Positions 38,629-48,548 of a stretch of 64,000 nt of DNA are shown piece after piece. The notes beneath the pieces are model-generated. The model ran no database searches. It had not been told where the DNA came from and saw only the letters and a program-made list of their open reading frames with translations. The DNA is taken from assembly GCA_965217115.1 (NCBI GenBank), contig OZ244239.1, positions 64,001 to 128,000 on the forward strand, written 5' to 3'. This DNA is from Bdellovibrionales bacterium (GTDB lineage: Bacteria > Bdellovibrionota > Bdellovibrionia > Bdellovibrionales > CAYMLA01). Numbering within the stretch: the stretch's first letter is position 1; each line of letters begins with the position of its first letter. The translations under genes were made by a program, and so were the position numbers.

Positions 38629-38944
38629 TTTTTACTGCTGAAGCAGTGTTTTTTTGAATTTTTTTGATGTATGCCTTGATGGCGGGGTTTTTGATAGCTC
38701 TCTGGATTTTGTCACAATCAGCTTTGCTCATTCCAATCCATTCGTTTTTATTAAAATCAGTCTTGGCATGATAGTGACAACCGTGGCCATTGGCGCCACA
38801 ATCGTTAGTCCATTTAGTGGCAATGCCCTTACATTTTATATGACCAGGTTCTAGAGCTGAGGCTTCTTCCCCTATTAATTGCCCGCCAGCAGCAAGAAGT
38901 CCTATGAGCACTGTTGATAGGATTTTTTTATCTTGTTTTTTCAT
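38612..38944 (-). CDS. DUF2282/BufA1-like (bufferin-type) secreted RiPP precursor
   Basis: Signal peptide followed by the 4-Cys pattern KCxGI......NDC......C.............W......C, directly upstream of the MNIO gene. Confidence 0.8.
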   Translation of the reverse strand: MKKQDKKILSTVLIGLLAAGGQLIGEEASALEPGHIKCKGIATKWTNDCGANGHGCHYHAKTDFNKNEWIGMSKADCDKIQRAIKNPAIKAYIKKIQKNTASAVKSGKKI

Positions 38945-39181
38945 ATTATGATCTCCCGATTTTCTTAGGTTAAGAGTTAACTTACCCCTTTAGATATTAG
39001 AATAATAGGGAAAAACCTGTGGAAAGTGATAAGACGATGGATTTTTTACAAAAAGAGAGGTCATAAGCCAATAAAGACTTGTTGTGTTAGAGATAGACCT
39101 ATAGAAAAGGCACTGAACGGAGTTTTAGACGGAGTTTCTAGTTGGAAACCCTCTCTAAGCCTCCATAACTGAAGGCGTTGT

Positions 39182-39886
39182 ATGAGTTCTCAACTAGAAG
39201 CTATTGAACAGTTCATTCAATATAAGTTTAAAGATCAAAACTTGCTGCGTAGGGCCCTGACTCATAAGAGTTTTGAGTATGAAGAGAAGCAGGTGTCTAT
39301 TGGTAATAATGAGATTCTTGAATTTCTAGGAGATGCGGTTATTGATTTAGCGATGAGTGACCTGTTGATGGAGTACTTTCCTGACGATAATGAAGGACAG
39401 TTATCCAAACGTCGCGCAAGTTTTGTGAACGAAGAAGCCCTCGCGCAGAGAGCAAAAACCATTGGAATCAATGGTGCCCTGTTCTTAGGAAGAGGAGAGA
39501 GAGCAACAGGTGGTAATGAAAAGCCAAGACTTCTCTGCTCGGCATTAGAGGCTTTATTCGGTGCCGTGTATAAAGATGCTGGTTACGAAGAGACAAAAAA
39601 ATTATTAAGATTTTTCTTCTCTGATTTATTAAATGAGTCCAAAGACTTTATTGAATACGATAGGGATTACAAAACTCGCTATCAAGAATTTATTCAAAGG
39701 GAAGAGAAGAGCACTCCAACCTACACTCTATTAAGAATAGAAGGCCCGCCACATAACCGTGTGTTTCAAGTGGCCGTTTGTGTCGGTCAATCTTCAAGGG
39801 CTGAAGGGATGGGACGGAGTAAAAAACAAGCAGAGCAGGAAGCGGCTCGTTCAGCACTGGAGTTCAGCAATGACAAAACCCTTTAG
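39182..39886 (+). CDS. rnc: Ribonuclease III
   Basis: ALTHKS and NEILEFLGDAV motifs; dsRBD with DYKT...SKKQAEQ. Confidence 0.96.
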   Translation: MSSQLEAIEQFIQYKFKDQNLLRRALTHKSFEYEEKQVSIGNNEILEFLGDAVIDLAMSDLLMEYFPDDNEGQLSKRRASFVNEEALAQRAKTIGINGALFLGRGERATGGNEKPRLLCSALEALFGAVYKDAGYEETKKLLRFFFSDLLNESKDFIEYDRDYKTRYQEFIQREEKSTPTYTLLRIEGPPHNRVFQVAVCVGQSSRAEGMGRSKKQAEQEAARSALEFSNDKTL

Positions 39887-40787
39887 AGCTGGCTTTGTTG
39901 GAGTGGTTGGGTTACCCAACGCAGGTAAAAGCACTTTGGTAAATATTTTGACTCAAGAGAAAGTATCTATTGTGACAGACAAACCACAGACCACACGACG
40001 AAGGGTTCTGGGGATTGTTAACGGCGAGAATTCACAAATAGTTCTGGTAGACTCACCTGGGCTTATTAGATGCAAAGAGAATGATAGAGACATGCTTAAA
40101 TGCTTTATCGAGGAAGAGTCTGAAGATGTTATTAAAGATGTGGATGGAATCTTACTTCTTCTTAATATAGACGAGAAAGAAAAAAGTAATTTAGAGTTGA
40201 TGATTGATTTGGTTGTTAAGAGCGGAAAACCTTGGGCAGCTCTTATTTCTAAAGTAGACATTAAGGCAAAGGCACATAGAGTGATGATGTTGAGAGAGAA
40301 GTTAAGTTCTTATGGAGTTCCTGTATTGAGTGTATCTGGTAAAAAATCTTCTAATAATTTGGTGAGGGATATTCTTATTTTTTGTGAGGAGTTAATTCCA
40401 AAATCTCCTGGGCCTCTCTATGGTGAGGATATTTATACCTTGGATTCCGTGAGAAATATGGTCTCTGAGTTTATTCGCGAGCAGTGTTTTATGCATCTTT
40501 ACGATGAAGTGCCATTTGGCTTAGCAGTAACGGTGATAAAATTTGACGAATCGCGAGAGGATTTAATCAAAGTGCATGCACAGATATTGATTGAGAAAGA
40601 AAATCACCGTCCTATTATTGTTGGAAAAGGCGGGAGTACGATTAAGAAGATAGGGACCTATGCACGCTCAAATATTGAGAAGCTAGTGGGCAAGAAAGTA
40701 TTCCTTGATTTAAAGGTAAAGGTTCATCGTTGGAGTAAAAATAAGAATGTAATGAAGGAGCTGGGGTATGCCGTCACAAAGACTTAG
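39870..40787 (+). CDS. era: GTPase Era
   Basis: GLPNAGKSTL and QTTR motifs; KH domain IIVGKGG; ATG at 39870. Confidence 0.95.
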   Translation: MTKPFRAGFVGVVGLPNAGKSTLVNILTQEKVSIVTDKPQTTRRRVLGIVNGENSQIVLVDSPGLIRCKENDRDMLKCFIEEESEDVIKDVDGILLLLNIDEKEKSNLELMIDLVVKSGKPWAALISKVDIKAKAHRVMMLREKLSSYGVPVLSVSGKKSSNNLVRDILIFCEELIPKSPGPLYGEDIYTLDSVRNMVSEFIREQCFMHLYDEVPFGLAVTVIKFDESREDLIKVHAQILIEKENHRPIIVGKGGSTIKKIGTYARSNIEKLVGKKVFLDLKVKVHRWSKNKNVMKELGYAVTKT

Positions 40788-42096
40788 ACCCTATCAAGTG
40801 GCAATTGTGGGGCGGCCCAATGTGGGTAAATCGACACTGTTCAATATAATGACGGGAACCCGAAATGCCGTGGTGAAGAATCAACCAGGGGTGACAAGAG
40901 ACATTCAAATAGGCATGGCCGATGTGTGGGAAAAAAGGTTTGAAATTATTGATACAGGTGGATTAACGGAGGCGGCAGATACTTTTTCGTTATTGATTCG
41001 CGAACAGGTTTTAAGCTTGTTGCGAGATGTAGACTTACTCTTAGTCGTGATGGACGGGAGAGCAGGAGTCATCCCTGAGGATCGTGAACTGATGAGAATA
41101 GTGAGTGAATCAGATCGCCCGTACACAATTATTGCTAACAAAATAGATCGTATTGCGAATGAAGAATTGGCTAAATCTGAATTCTATGAGTTTGGTGCAG
41201 ATGTTATTGGAACCGCTTTTGAGACACGTCGAGGATTGGCTGATATTTTGGAGTGGTTAGAGAAAAACGTTGAAGATGTGAAGATTCCAGAAAAAGAGGG
41301 TCCTACAATTGCTATTGTTGGTAAACCCAATGTTGGAAAGAGTTCGATGGTGAATCATCTCTTAGGGATGTCACGCATGCTTGTTTCTGATATCGCAGGT
41401 ACGACAGTGGATGCTGTGGATTCACAGATGATGTATGAGGATAAGAAATATGTATTGGTGGACACAGCCGGATTGCGTAGGTCGGCTAAGCGCAAAGAAG
41501 ATATAGAGGTTCTGTCAGCGTTTAAATCGCGGGACGCCATTTCACGGGCGAATCTGGTATGGCTTTTTGTGGATGGTCGTGAAGGTCCAACTGATCAAGA
41601 CGCTCGTATTATTCAGGAAATTTTAGAAAAGCACAAAGGCGTTATATTAGTCGCCAATAAATCAGACCTGGGAGAAGATGAGATCCCTGCCTATCGTCAG
41701 ACCTTCCGTGAGAAACTGGCTGAAGAGTTGCACTTTTATGTAGATATTCCTTTGGTATTTGTAAGTGCTAAGACGGGGCAAGGAGTTAAGAAGTTATTTT
41801 CAACTGTGGACGATGTGTATAAGAAATTAACTTTTAAAGTTTCAACCAGTGAATTAAACGATTTCTTCTTTCAAGTGATCCGTCAAGCTCCGGCACCTGT
41901 TTATGGAGTCAAAGCGGTAAAATTTTATTATTTAACTCAAACCCATCAAGTGCCGCCAAGCTTTATTGCTTTTGCAAACCACCCTGATGGAGTTGATTCA
42001 TCTTATCGTCGTTTTCTTGCTAAAAGAATACGGCAGCGCTGGGGGCTTGAAGGAATTCCCATTCGTATTTTCGTGATGAAGAGCCGGAGTCGTTAG
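40768..42096 (+). CDS. der: Ribosome biogenesis GTPase Der (EngA)
   Basis: Two GxPNVGKS GTPase domains. Confidence 0.96.
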   Translation: MPSQRLRPYQVAIVGRPNVGKSTLFNIMTGTRNAVVKNQPGVTRDIQIGMADVWEKRFEIIDTGGLTEAADTFSLLIREQVLSLLRDVDLLLVVMDGRAGVIPEDRELMRIVSESDRPYTIIANKIDRIANEELAKSEFYEFGADVIGTAFETRRGLADILEWLEKNVEDVKIPEKEGPTIAIVGKPNVGKSSMVNHLLGMSRMLVSDIAGTTVDAVDSQMMYEDKKYVLVDTAGLRRSAKRKEDIEVLSAFKSRDAISRANLVWLFVDGREGPTDQDARIIQEILEKHKGVILVANKSDLGEDEIPAYRQTFREKLAEELHFYVDIPLVFVSAKTGQGVKKLFSTVDDVYKKLTFKVSTSELNDFFFQVIRQAPAPVYGVKAVKFYYLTQTHQVPPSFIAFANHPDGVDSSYRRFLAKRIRQRWGLEGIPIRIFVMKSRSR

Positions 42097-42098
42097 AT

Positions 42099-43460
42099 AT
42101 GGTTAAGAAGCGTAGTTATTGGAATTCTCGGTTAGGGCTGTACTTGGCTGCAGTAGGAACCTCTTTTGGCTTAGGGAATCTCTGGCGTTTCCCCTATGTT
42201 ATTAGTGAAAATGATGGTGGAGGTTTTCTCTTACTTTATATTTTTGTAATGGCGGTTGTAGGTTTACCGATACTTATTGCTGAATTTATTTTAGGGAAAT
42301 GGACTGAGAGGGGTTTAGTTGAGTCAGTTGGACTGATGACCTTGCATCGAGGGTTGAAAGCGTCCAATCGCTATTTGACTCTGAGTAAAATTCCAATAAT
42401 TGTTAATGTTATCCTGATGGCCTACTATGCAGTCATTAGTGGGTGGGTTTTGTATTTTGGAATGCAATTTCTCGTGCAAATCTTTGGAGTTGTTCATGGT
42501 GACTCGGTTTCTATTTCAAAGTTTTTAATGACTAACGGGATCTTACAGTTGGCCCTAGTTAGCGTACATCTTTTGCTAGCTTGTACAGTGGTGGCCAAAG
42601 GTCTTCAGGATGGTCTAGAAAAATGGGTTAGTTATTTGGTCCCATTTTTTGCCGTGTCGGTTCTCATACTTGTCACTCAATCATTGTCCTTGGAGTCAGC
42701 GCAGGAGTCGTTGAGGTTTTTGTTTTATCCTAATTTTTCTAAATTGACATCTTCATCACTGGGGGATGCGATAGGACATGCCCTTTTTACGATGAGTCTC
42801 GGGGTGGGGACAATGGTGACATTTGGTAGTTATATGCGTGAGGAGGATAAAATATCTTCTGTCAGCTTAAGGGTCGCAGCTGCAGATGTGGTGATGTCGA
42901 TTATGGCGGGTTTATTGATATTCCCTATTCTGTTTGCTGCCGGCAGAGAAGTGACTGGCCCAACGATGTTTTTTGAATCCATCCCCAATTATTTTCTTCA
43001 AATTAAATGGGGAGTCTATTTTGGTTTTTTCTTTTTTATTTGTCTTTATATGGCATCTTTAGGCTCTACCATTGCTCTGTTAGAGACAGTTGTTGCAAAT
43101 GTCACTGAGCATAAGCGCATTGGAAGGAACAAGGCTCTATGGTGGGTTGGGGGTGTGGTCTTTCTCCTATCCATAATACCAGCGTTGTCCAGCGCTCTAA
43201 CTCATTTATTGAGTTATGATGTGAATCTATTTGTTTGGATTGATAATGTTTTGATTAATTGGTTTTTACCGATTGGCGCATTGGGTGTTTTAGTTGTAGT
43301 GGCTTATAATATGAAAGATGAAGTAAGAAAACAACTCTTTGTGGATGAGAGGCAGGAAGCGACTTTCAATTTGTATAAAGACTGGCTCTTTGCTCTAAAG
43401 TGGATATGTCCTCTGGTGATTATTGCAGGGTTGTTGTTACAGATTTATAGCCTTTTTTAG
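42099..43460 (+). CDS. Sodium-dependent transporter (NSS/SNF family)
   Basis: GLGNLWRFPY and FTMSLG motifs; about 11 TM helices. Confidence 0.9.
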   Translation: MVKKRSYWNSRLGLYLAAVGTSFGLGNLWRFPYVISENDGGGFLLLYIFVMAVVGLPILIAEFILGKWTERGLVESVGLMTLHRGLKASNRYLTLSKIPIIVNVILMAYYAVISGWVLYFGMQFLVQIFGVVHGDSVSISKFLMTNGILQLALVSVHLLLACTVVAKGLQDGLEKWVSYLVPFFAVSVLILVTQSLSLESAQESLRFLFYPNFSKLTSSSLGDAIGHALFTMSLGVGTMVTFGSYMREEDKISSVSLRVAAADVVMSIMAGLLIFPILFAAGREVTGPTMFFESIPNYFLQIKWGVYFGFFFFICLYMASLGSTIALLETVVANVTEHKRIGRNKALWWVGGVVFLLSIIPALSSALTHLLSYDVNLFVWIDNVLINWFLPIGALGVLVVVAYNMKDEVRKQLFVDERQEATFNLYKDWLFALKWICPLVIIAGLLLQIYSLF

Positions 43461-43482
43461 AGATACGCCTAAATGCTTAGGG

Positions 43483-44271
43483 TTAAAAATTAACTCCCAG
43501 GAGTCCAAGAATAGAGAGAACATCCCCGTCAGGTTTAACGCCAGAACTGACAGTTTCTCCATCGCCGTTTTGAACTGGCAGGGCGCTACTTTCATCGGGG
43601 AAATTGACTAGGTGGAAAGCGGCTTCGATTCCAAAATACATTTTATTTCGTAGCATGGGAACTTCCAGACCTGCACCTATGTCGATGGAAGTACTCCCGT
43701 CCTCTGGTGTATAGTCTTGGCCGACAACAGAGAAGAGCCTTTTATATTGAGAGAAACCACCTATAACGTAGGGGTTGAGATCGGCGAGACCCCGGGTCAC
43801 ATTTTGCGTGTTAAAGTAGTACTTGAGGTTAAAGGCCGTGGTGGTGATGGAAGTGTTTCCGCTTAAGGACCCTCCATTGCCTGAAACTGAGAACGGGTGA
43901 CTTCCTGTCCGGTAGGAAGTCTGTAGGGCAAAGCGGAGATCAAAAAAGTAGCTGAGGAAAAGTCCGTAGGAGGAGCCTGTTTTGTAGATCTTTCCCATAT
44001 TGGAGGTGAATGTTCTTAGACCAGCCAAAAAGCCAACGTTCAGAAGCCGGCCATTGCGGAAGAAATTGACATCGGCCTCTTCTTGGGAAGCCTCGTCAAA
44101 TTCACTGTAATCGGCGAAAGGGTCGTAGGAATCGTCTTCACTTGCCTGGGCCACCTTGTAGAGGTTCTCCGTGAAGAAGAGAGGCCTCTGTGGCTCTTGC
44201 CCATGGAGAGAACTTGCAGAGAAGAAGAGAGATAGGAGGAAGGAAGTGAGTGTGATCCAAGAAAAATTCAT
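43483..44271 (-). CDS. Outer-membrane beta-barrel protein
   Basis: Signal peptide from ATG 44271, alternating beta strands, NPYVIGG and a terminal Phe. Confidence 0.75.
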   Translation of the reverse strand: MNFSWITLTSFLLSLFFSASSLHGQEPQRPLFFTENLYKVAQASEDDSYDPFADYSEFDEASQEEADVNFFRNGRLLNVGFLAGLRTFTSNMGKIYKTGSSYGLFLSYFFDLRFALQTSYRTGSHPFSVSGNGGSLSGNTSITTTAFNLKYYFNTQNVTRGLADLNPYVIGGFSQYKRLFSVVGQDYTPEDGSTSIDIGAGLEVPMLRNKMYFGIEAAFHLVNFPDESSALPVQNGDGETVSSGVKPDGDVLSILGLLGVNF

Positions 44272-44306
44272 TTTCGCCTCAAAGGAATAGTACAAATTAT
44301 AAAGGG

Positions 44307-44333
44307 TTATCGGCTTTATTGAGGGTCCCCTTA
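44307..44333 (-). promoter_or_regulatory. Sigma28 (FliA)-type promoter
   Basis: TAAG-N15-GCCGATAA, 35 bp upstream of the OMP gene ATG. Confidence 0.65.
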
Positions 44334-44395
44334 AATATCTAAATTTTATGTGCAATTTTGAGTTTTGATTGGTATAAAACAGTGACACAATAGGA

Positions 44396-45418
44396 GTGAG
44401 AATGTCCTCGGTCTATAAAAAGTCAGGTGTTGATGTTGAGGCTGGTGATGCCCTTGTGGATTGGCTTAAAGAGACCTCTCCTAAGAAATTCCCCCACCAA
44501 GATCGAGTTTGTGCTGGAATTGGAGGTTTTGCCTCCCTTTTTCGCATTGATTTCCCGGAGATGGAAGAGCCTTGCCTGGTGAGTTCCACCGATGGTGTGG
44601 GGACAAAGTTGAAATTGGCAGTGCATTACCAGAAATTCGAGACCATTGGTCAGGATTTAGTGGCTATGTGTGTGAATGATTTGATTTGCTGTGGAGCTAT
44701 GCCGCTCTTCTTTCTTGATTATTATGCCACAGGAAAATTACAGTTAGAAGAGGCTAAGTCTTTTTTGGGTGGATTGCGGCGGGCCTGCTCGGAAGCACAG
44801 GTTGCCCTTATTGGTGGAGAGACTGCGGAGATGCCAGGGGTTTATAGTGACGGAGATTTTGACTGTGCAGGTTTTTCGGTGGGCGTCGTCGATCGTCAGA
44901 ATGTTCTTGGTCCAGAGAAAGTCAGGGCTGGAGATGTCTTGTTGGCAGTGGCCAGTTCTGGTTTTCATAGCAACGGTTACTCTCTACTTAGAAAAATATT
45001 CTCTGAAGATTTAAATCTTTATGAGCATGAACTGATGACGCCTACGACATTGTATGTAGATTTAGCTTTAAAAGTAAAAAAGAGAGTTCATGCTCTTGCT
45101 AATATTACAGGTGGCGGTGTTGATAATATTCTGCGTGTCATTCCTAAAGGAATGGAGGTGGAGCTGAATTCTTGGGTGTGGCCTGAAATCTATTCAGAAG
45201 TTCTAGAGAGAACCAAAGCACCTAAGAGTGATATTTTGAAAACCTTAAATTGTGGTGTAGGTCTTGTGATGATTCTTCCTGAAGATAAGGTGTCTGATGT
45301 TATGAGAGATGGAGAGGAATTAGGTCATAAAATTTTCCCTATAGGTTGTGTTAAAGATGGGCTTGGTGGAGATGGCAAAGAGCCTTGTTTTTTAAATTGG
45401 AACTCGTTTAGTCAGTAA
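44396..45418 (+). CDS. purM: AIR synthetase
   Basis: TDGVGTK, GGETAEMPG and HSNGYSL motifs. Confidence 0.96.
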   Translation: MRMSSVYKKSGVDVEAGDALVDWLKETSPKKFPHQDRVCAGIGGFASLFRIDFPEMEEPCLVSSTDGVGTKLKLAVHYQKFETIGQDLVAMCVNDLICCGAMPLFFLDYYATGKLQLEEAKSFLGGLRRACSEAQVALIGGETAEMPGVYSDGDFDCAGFSVGVVDRQNVLGPEKVRAGDVLLAVASSGFHSNGYSLLRKIFSEDLNLYEHELMTPTTLYVDLALKVKKRVHALANITGGGVDNILRVIPKGMEVELNSWVWPEIYSEVLERTKAPKSDILKTLNCGVGLVMILPEDKVSDVMRDGEELGHKIFPIGCVKDGLGGDGKEPCFLNWNSFSQ

Positions 45419-45427
45419 GGTCATTTT

Positions 45428-45973
45428 ATGAGAAAAAATTGGGCAGTATTTATCTCTGGTCGTGGTTCAAACATGGCAGCCTTGTTTGAGTTGGGTTCGG
45501 CATTATCTATTTCTCTAGTGGTGAGTTCAAAGAGAGATTGTCCCGGAGTGAGGAGAGCGCGAAGATTTGGAGTGCCAGTGAAGTTCTTCTCTAAAGATGA
45601 TGACTGGACTGAGTTGACGGCAGAATTGCAAGGCATGGGTGTGAATCATTTATTTCTAGCGGGGTTTATGAGGATCTTGCCAAAAGGTTTTGTTGAGCAA
45701 TGGCAAGGGAGAATATGGAATGTGCATCCAAGTCTGTTGCCAAAGTACCCTGGATTGAATTCCATGGAGAGAGCTTTTTCTGATAAATCAGACATGGGGA
45801 TATCTCTCCATCAAGTTGACTCAGGGGTGGACACGGGTTTGCTTGTAAAGCAGAAAATAGTTTTTTCCAGTGAAGATATGAAGAGACGAGGTGAAGGTGA
45901 GTTCTCTGAGACAGAATTTCTGATGCACAGGATGGAGCATCGTTTGGTACAGGAGGTATTGCCATGTCTATGA
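45428..45973 (+). CDS. purN: GAR transformylase
   Basis: ISGRGSNM, LAGFMRIL and NVHPSLLP motifs. Confidence 0.88.
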   Translation: MRKNWAVFISGRGSNMAALFELGSALSISLVVSSKRDCPGVRRARRFGVPVKFFSKDDDWTELTAELQGMGVNHLFLAGFMRILPKGFVEQWQGRIWNVHPSLLPKYPGLNSMERAFSDKSDMGISLHQVDSGVDTGLLVKQKIVFSSEDMKRRGEGEFSETEFLMHRMEHRLVQEVLPCL

Positions 45974-47250
45974 GTTCTGAATTTGTGCTGATCTCTGCCT
46001 TTGGGCGTGGAAATTGGTTGGCCGTGGAATTAGTTGAGCAGGGTCACAAAGTCTCATTGGTTGATGTCACGGAAAAGATGGGTCATTGGTCCCCTGAAGA
46101 CTGGGAGGGGCCATTCGGTGTTCTCACTTCTAAGCGATTAAGCTTTTTACAAAAAGAGAGGCTTGTTAGTGATGAGATAATAATTCAACAGCCAGGAGGG
46201 ATAACTTTCTGGTTGAAAGATCGTCCTCTGGAATTAATGGGGCCCATCACAAAATATCAGTTAGATAAACAGAGAGTGAGCTTAAACTCCCATGATTATA
46301 TTTCCAGTTATGATTCTTTAAATCAGAAGCAACGGGAGAATAGACAGAAGGAATTAGAGGAAGATGATTTTTCCCATAGTTGGATGGCCTATTTCGCTCA
46401 TCAATGGAGTGCGGCGAGTATGGGAGAGTTTAATTTAGGTTTTATCTCAGAGAAACCATTGCCTCTTTTTTCAAAATTTAATATACGCCAAGCAACTAGA
46501 GGAGGCATGCAACAGTCTCTTGATTGGTGTGAGTCTAAAGGTGTGAAAGTTCATCGTCATGCCAGTATTGAAGATATTGTCAGTGAAAGAAAAACAGTGG
46601 AAGGGTTTGAGATATCTGGTGAGAAGAGTGGGTTTCTTAAGGGAGATGAATTTATCTGGTGTTTATCCAGTGAAGAAGCTATGCGTTTTAAAGAGAGAAT
46701 TTGGAAGCCATTATTTCCCCAGGGTCATGTAAAGCCAGAATGGGTTTGGATGCGTTATCGAATTAGATTTATTCAAGGGGAGGAACACCTAGTGCTGCCG
46801 AACCACACCGTGATGATTAATAATCTTTTTCTACCATGGACCCATGAAAACCTGTGTGTCCTGCAAAAAACAGTGTTGGATAATGAAATAGATATCTGGC
46901 TACGTGTGCCTAACACTCAAAGAGCCAATAGTTTTTATATTAAACAACTCGGACAGAAAATATTGCTTCAGTTTCGGCAACGAATGCAAGATGCTGATGT
47001 TGAAATATCTGATTATCCCCATGAGATAAAATACAACTATGATGAGTTAGGGCCTAGCCGTTTTCCTGTCTATGACTTGAAGAGTTTGTTGGCACTGAAG
47101 AGAGTTCGTTTTATGAACCTTCATTACGATGGCCCTGAGTGTTGGGAACGCTTGGATTGGGAGGGAATGTTTGAATATCAGGAATTAATATTGAATGACA
47201 TTAAAGAGAATTATCAGTCTGAAGAGATGAATGAGGAGCTATTGACGTGA
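45964..47250 (+). CDS. Hypothetical protein with a degenerate FAD-Rossmann N-terminus
   Basis: 428-aa ORF, LISAFGRGNWLAVELVEQGHKVSLVD; overlaps purN and purB. Confidence 0.65.
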   Translation: MSMSSEFVLISAFGRGNWLAVELVEQGHKVSLVDVTEKMGHWSPEDWEGPFGVLTSKRLSFLQKERLVSDEIIIQQPGGITFWLKDRPLELMGPITKYQLDKQRVSLNSHDYISSYDSLNQKQRENRQKELEEDDFSHSWMAYFAHQWSAASMGEFNLGFISEKPLPLFSKFNIRQATRGGMQQSLDWCESKGVKVHRHASIEDIVSERKTVEGFEISGEKSGFLKGDEFIWCLSSEEAMRFKERIWKPLFPQGHVKPEWVWMRYRIRFIQGEEHLVLPNHTVMINNLFLPWTHENLCVLQKTVLDNEIDIWLRVPNTQRANSFYIKQLGQKILLQFRQRMQDADVEISDYPHEIKYNYDELGPSRFPVYDLKSLLALKRVRFMNLHYDGPECWERLDWEGMFEYQELILNDIKENYQSEEMNEELLT

Positions 47251-48539
47251 TTGAACGATACACTCGACCTGTTATGGGAGAAATTTGGCAATTAGAAAAT
47301 CGCTTTATGAAAATGTTAGAGGTTGAGAAAGCCGTAGCTACTGTTCAGGCTGAAATGGGAATGATACCGAAGGTAGCGGCAAGTGCTATTAATAAAAAAA
47401 GCTGTTTTGATGTTAAGAGGATTTTACAAATAGAGAAAACAACCCGTCATGATGTGATTGCCTTTGTTAGTTGTGTCGCAGAGAGCGTGGGAAAACATGG
47501 GCGCTATATTCATTATGGTATGACCAGTTCGGATATTTTGGACTCAGCATTAAGTTTACAGATCAGGGATGCCTTTAAGGAGCTAGAAAAGGGTTTTGCC
47601 CGTTTAGATGAAGCCTTAAGAAAACAGATTAAGAATCATGGAGAGACTCTTTGTGTTGGCCGTACTCACGGGATACATGCTGAACCGACCACCTTTGGTT
47701 TGAAACTCTGCGGCTTCCTTGAAGAGCTGAAGAGAAATTTTAAGCGGGTAAAATTGGCAACAGAGCAAATGCAAATTGTAAAATTGAGTGGAGCTGTAGG
47801 AACGTACTCCTCTCAGCCAGATACAGTTGAAAAAGGTGTTGGAAAAAAACTGGGATTAAATCCCGAGATGGTTGCCACTCAGGTGATCCCCAGGGATCGT
47901 CATGCAGAGTTAATGAATAGTTTGGCTGTTTTGGGTGCAGGGCTTGAGAGATTGGCTGTTGAACTTCGTCATTTACAGAGGACAGAAGTCAATGAGGCGA
48001 TTGAGGGTTTTCGTCCAGGGCAAAAAGGCTCTAGTGCGATGCCTCATAAGAAAAACCCAATTAGCTCAGAGAATATCACAGGGGTGGCGCGTTTGCTGAG
48101 AGGCTATGCTATAACAGCACTAGAGAATGTGGCACTTTGGCATGAGAGAGACATCAGCCATTCTTCAGCCGAGAGAGTGATTTTTCCAGATGGGTTTATT
48201 TTGGCAGACTACGCTCTTCACCGCATGGCTGAAGTGATGGAGAACTTGCAGGTCAATAAAGAGAGAATGTTAGAAAATATGAACTTATCTCAGGGACAGG
48301 TTTTTAGCTCCCATGTTTTGTTGTCTTTAGTTGAGAAAGGACTGTCCCGTGAAGATGCCTATGCCCATGTGCAGAGAGTGAGTCATAGCCTTGGAGTCGG
48401 AGAGCATTTAAAAACAAAACTTTTACAAGACAAAGCCATAGGGAAAATTTTATCGAAAAAAGACTTAGAGATTATTTTTTCTGGTAAGAGACATACTCAA
48501 GCTATTAGTAAGATTATACGGCGAGCTTTAAAAAAATAG
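47247..48539 (+). CDS. purB: Adenylosuccinate lyase
   Basis: GRTHGIHAEP and GSSAMPHKKNP motifs. Confidence 0.96.
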   Translation: MIERYTRPVMGEIWQLENRFMKMLEVEKAVATVQAEMGMIPKVAASAINKKSCFDVKRILQIEKTTRHDVIAFVSCVAESVGKHGRYIHYGMTSSDILDSALSLQIRDAFKELEKGFARLDEALRKQIKNHGETLCVGRTHGIHAEPTTFGLKLCGFLEELKRNFKRVKLATEQMQIVKLSGAVGTYSSQPDTVEKGVGKKLGLNPEMVATQVIPRDRHAELMNSLAVLGAGLERLAVELRHLQRTEVNEAIEGFRPGQKGSSAMPHKKNPISSENITGVARLLRGYAITALENVALWHERDISHSSAERVIFPDGFILADYALHRMAEVMENLQVNKERMLENMNLSQGQVFSSHVLLSLVEKGLSREDAYAHVQRVSHSLGVGEHLKTKLLQDKAIGKILSKKDLEIIFSGKRHTQAISKIIRRALKK

Positions 48540-48548
48540 GAGATATCA

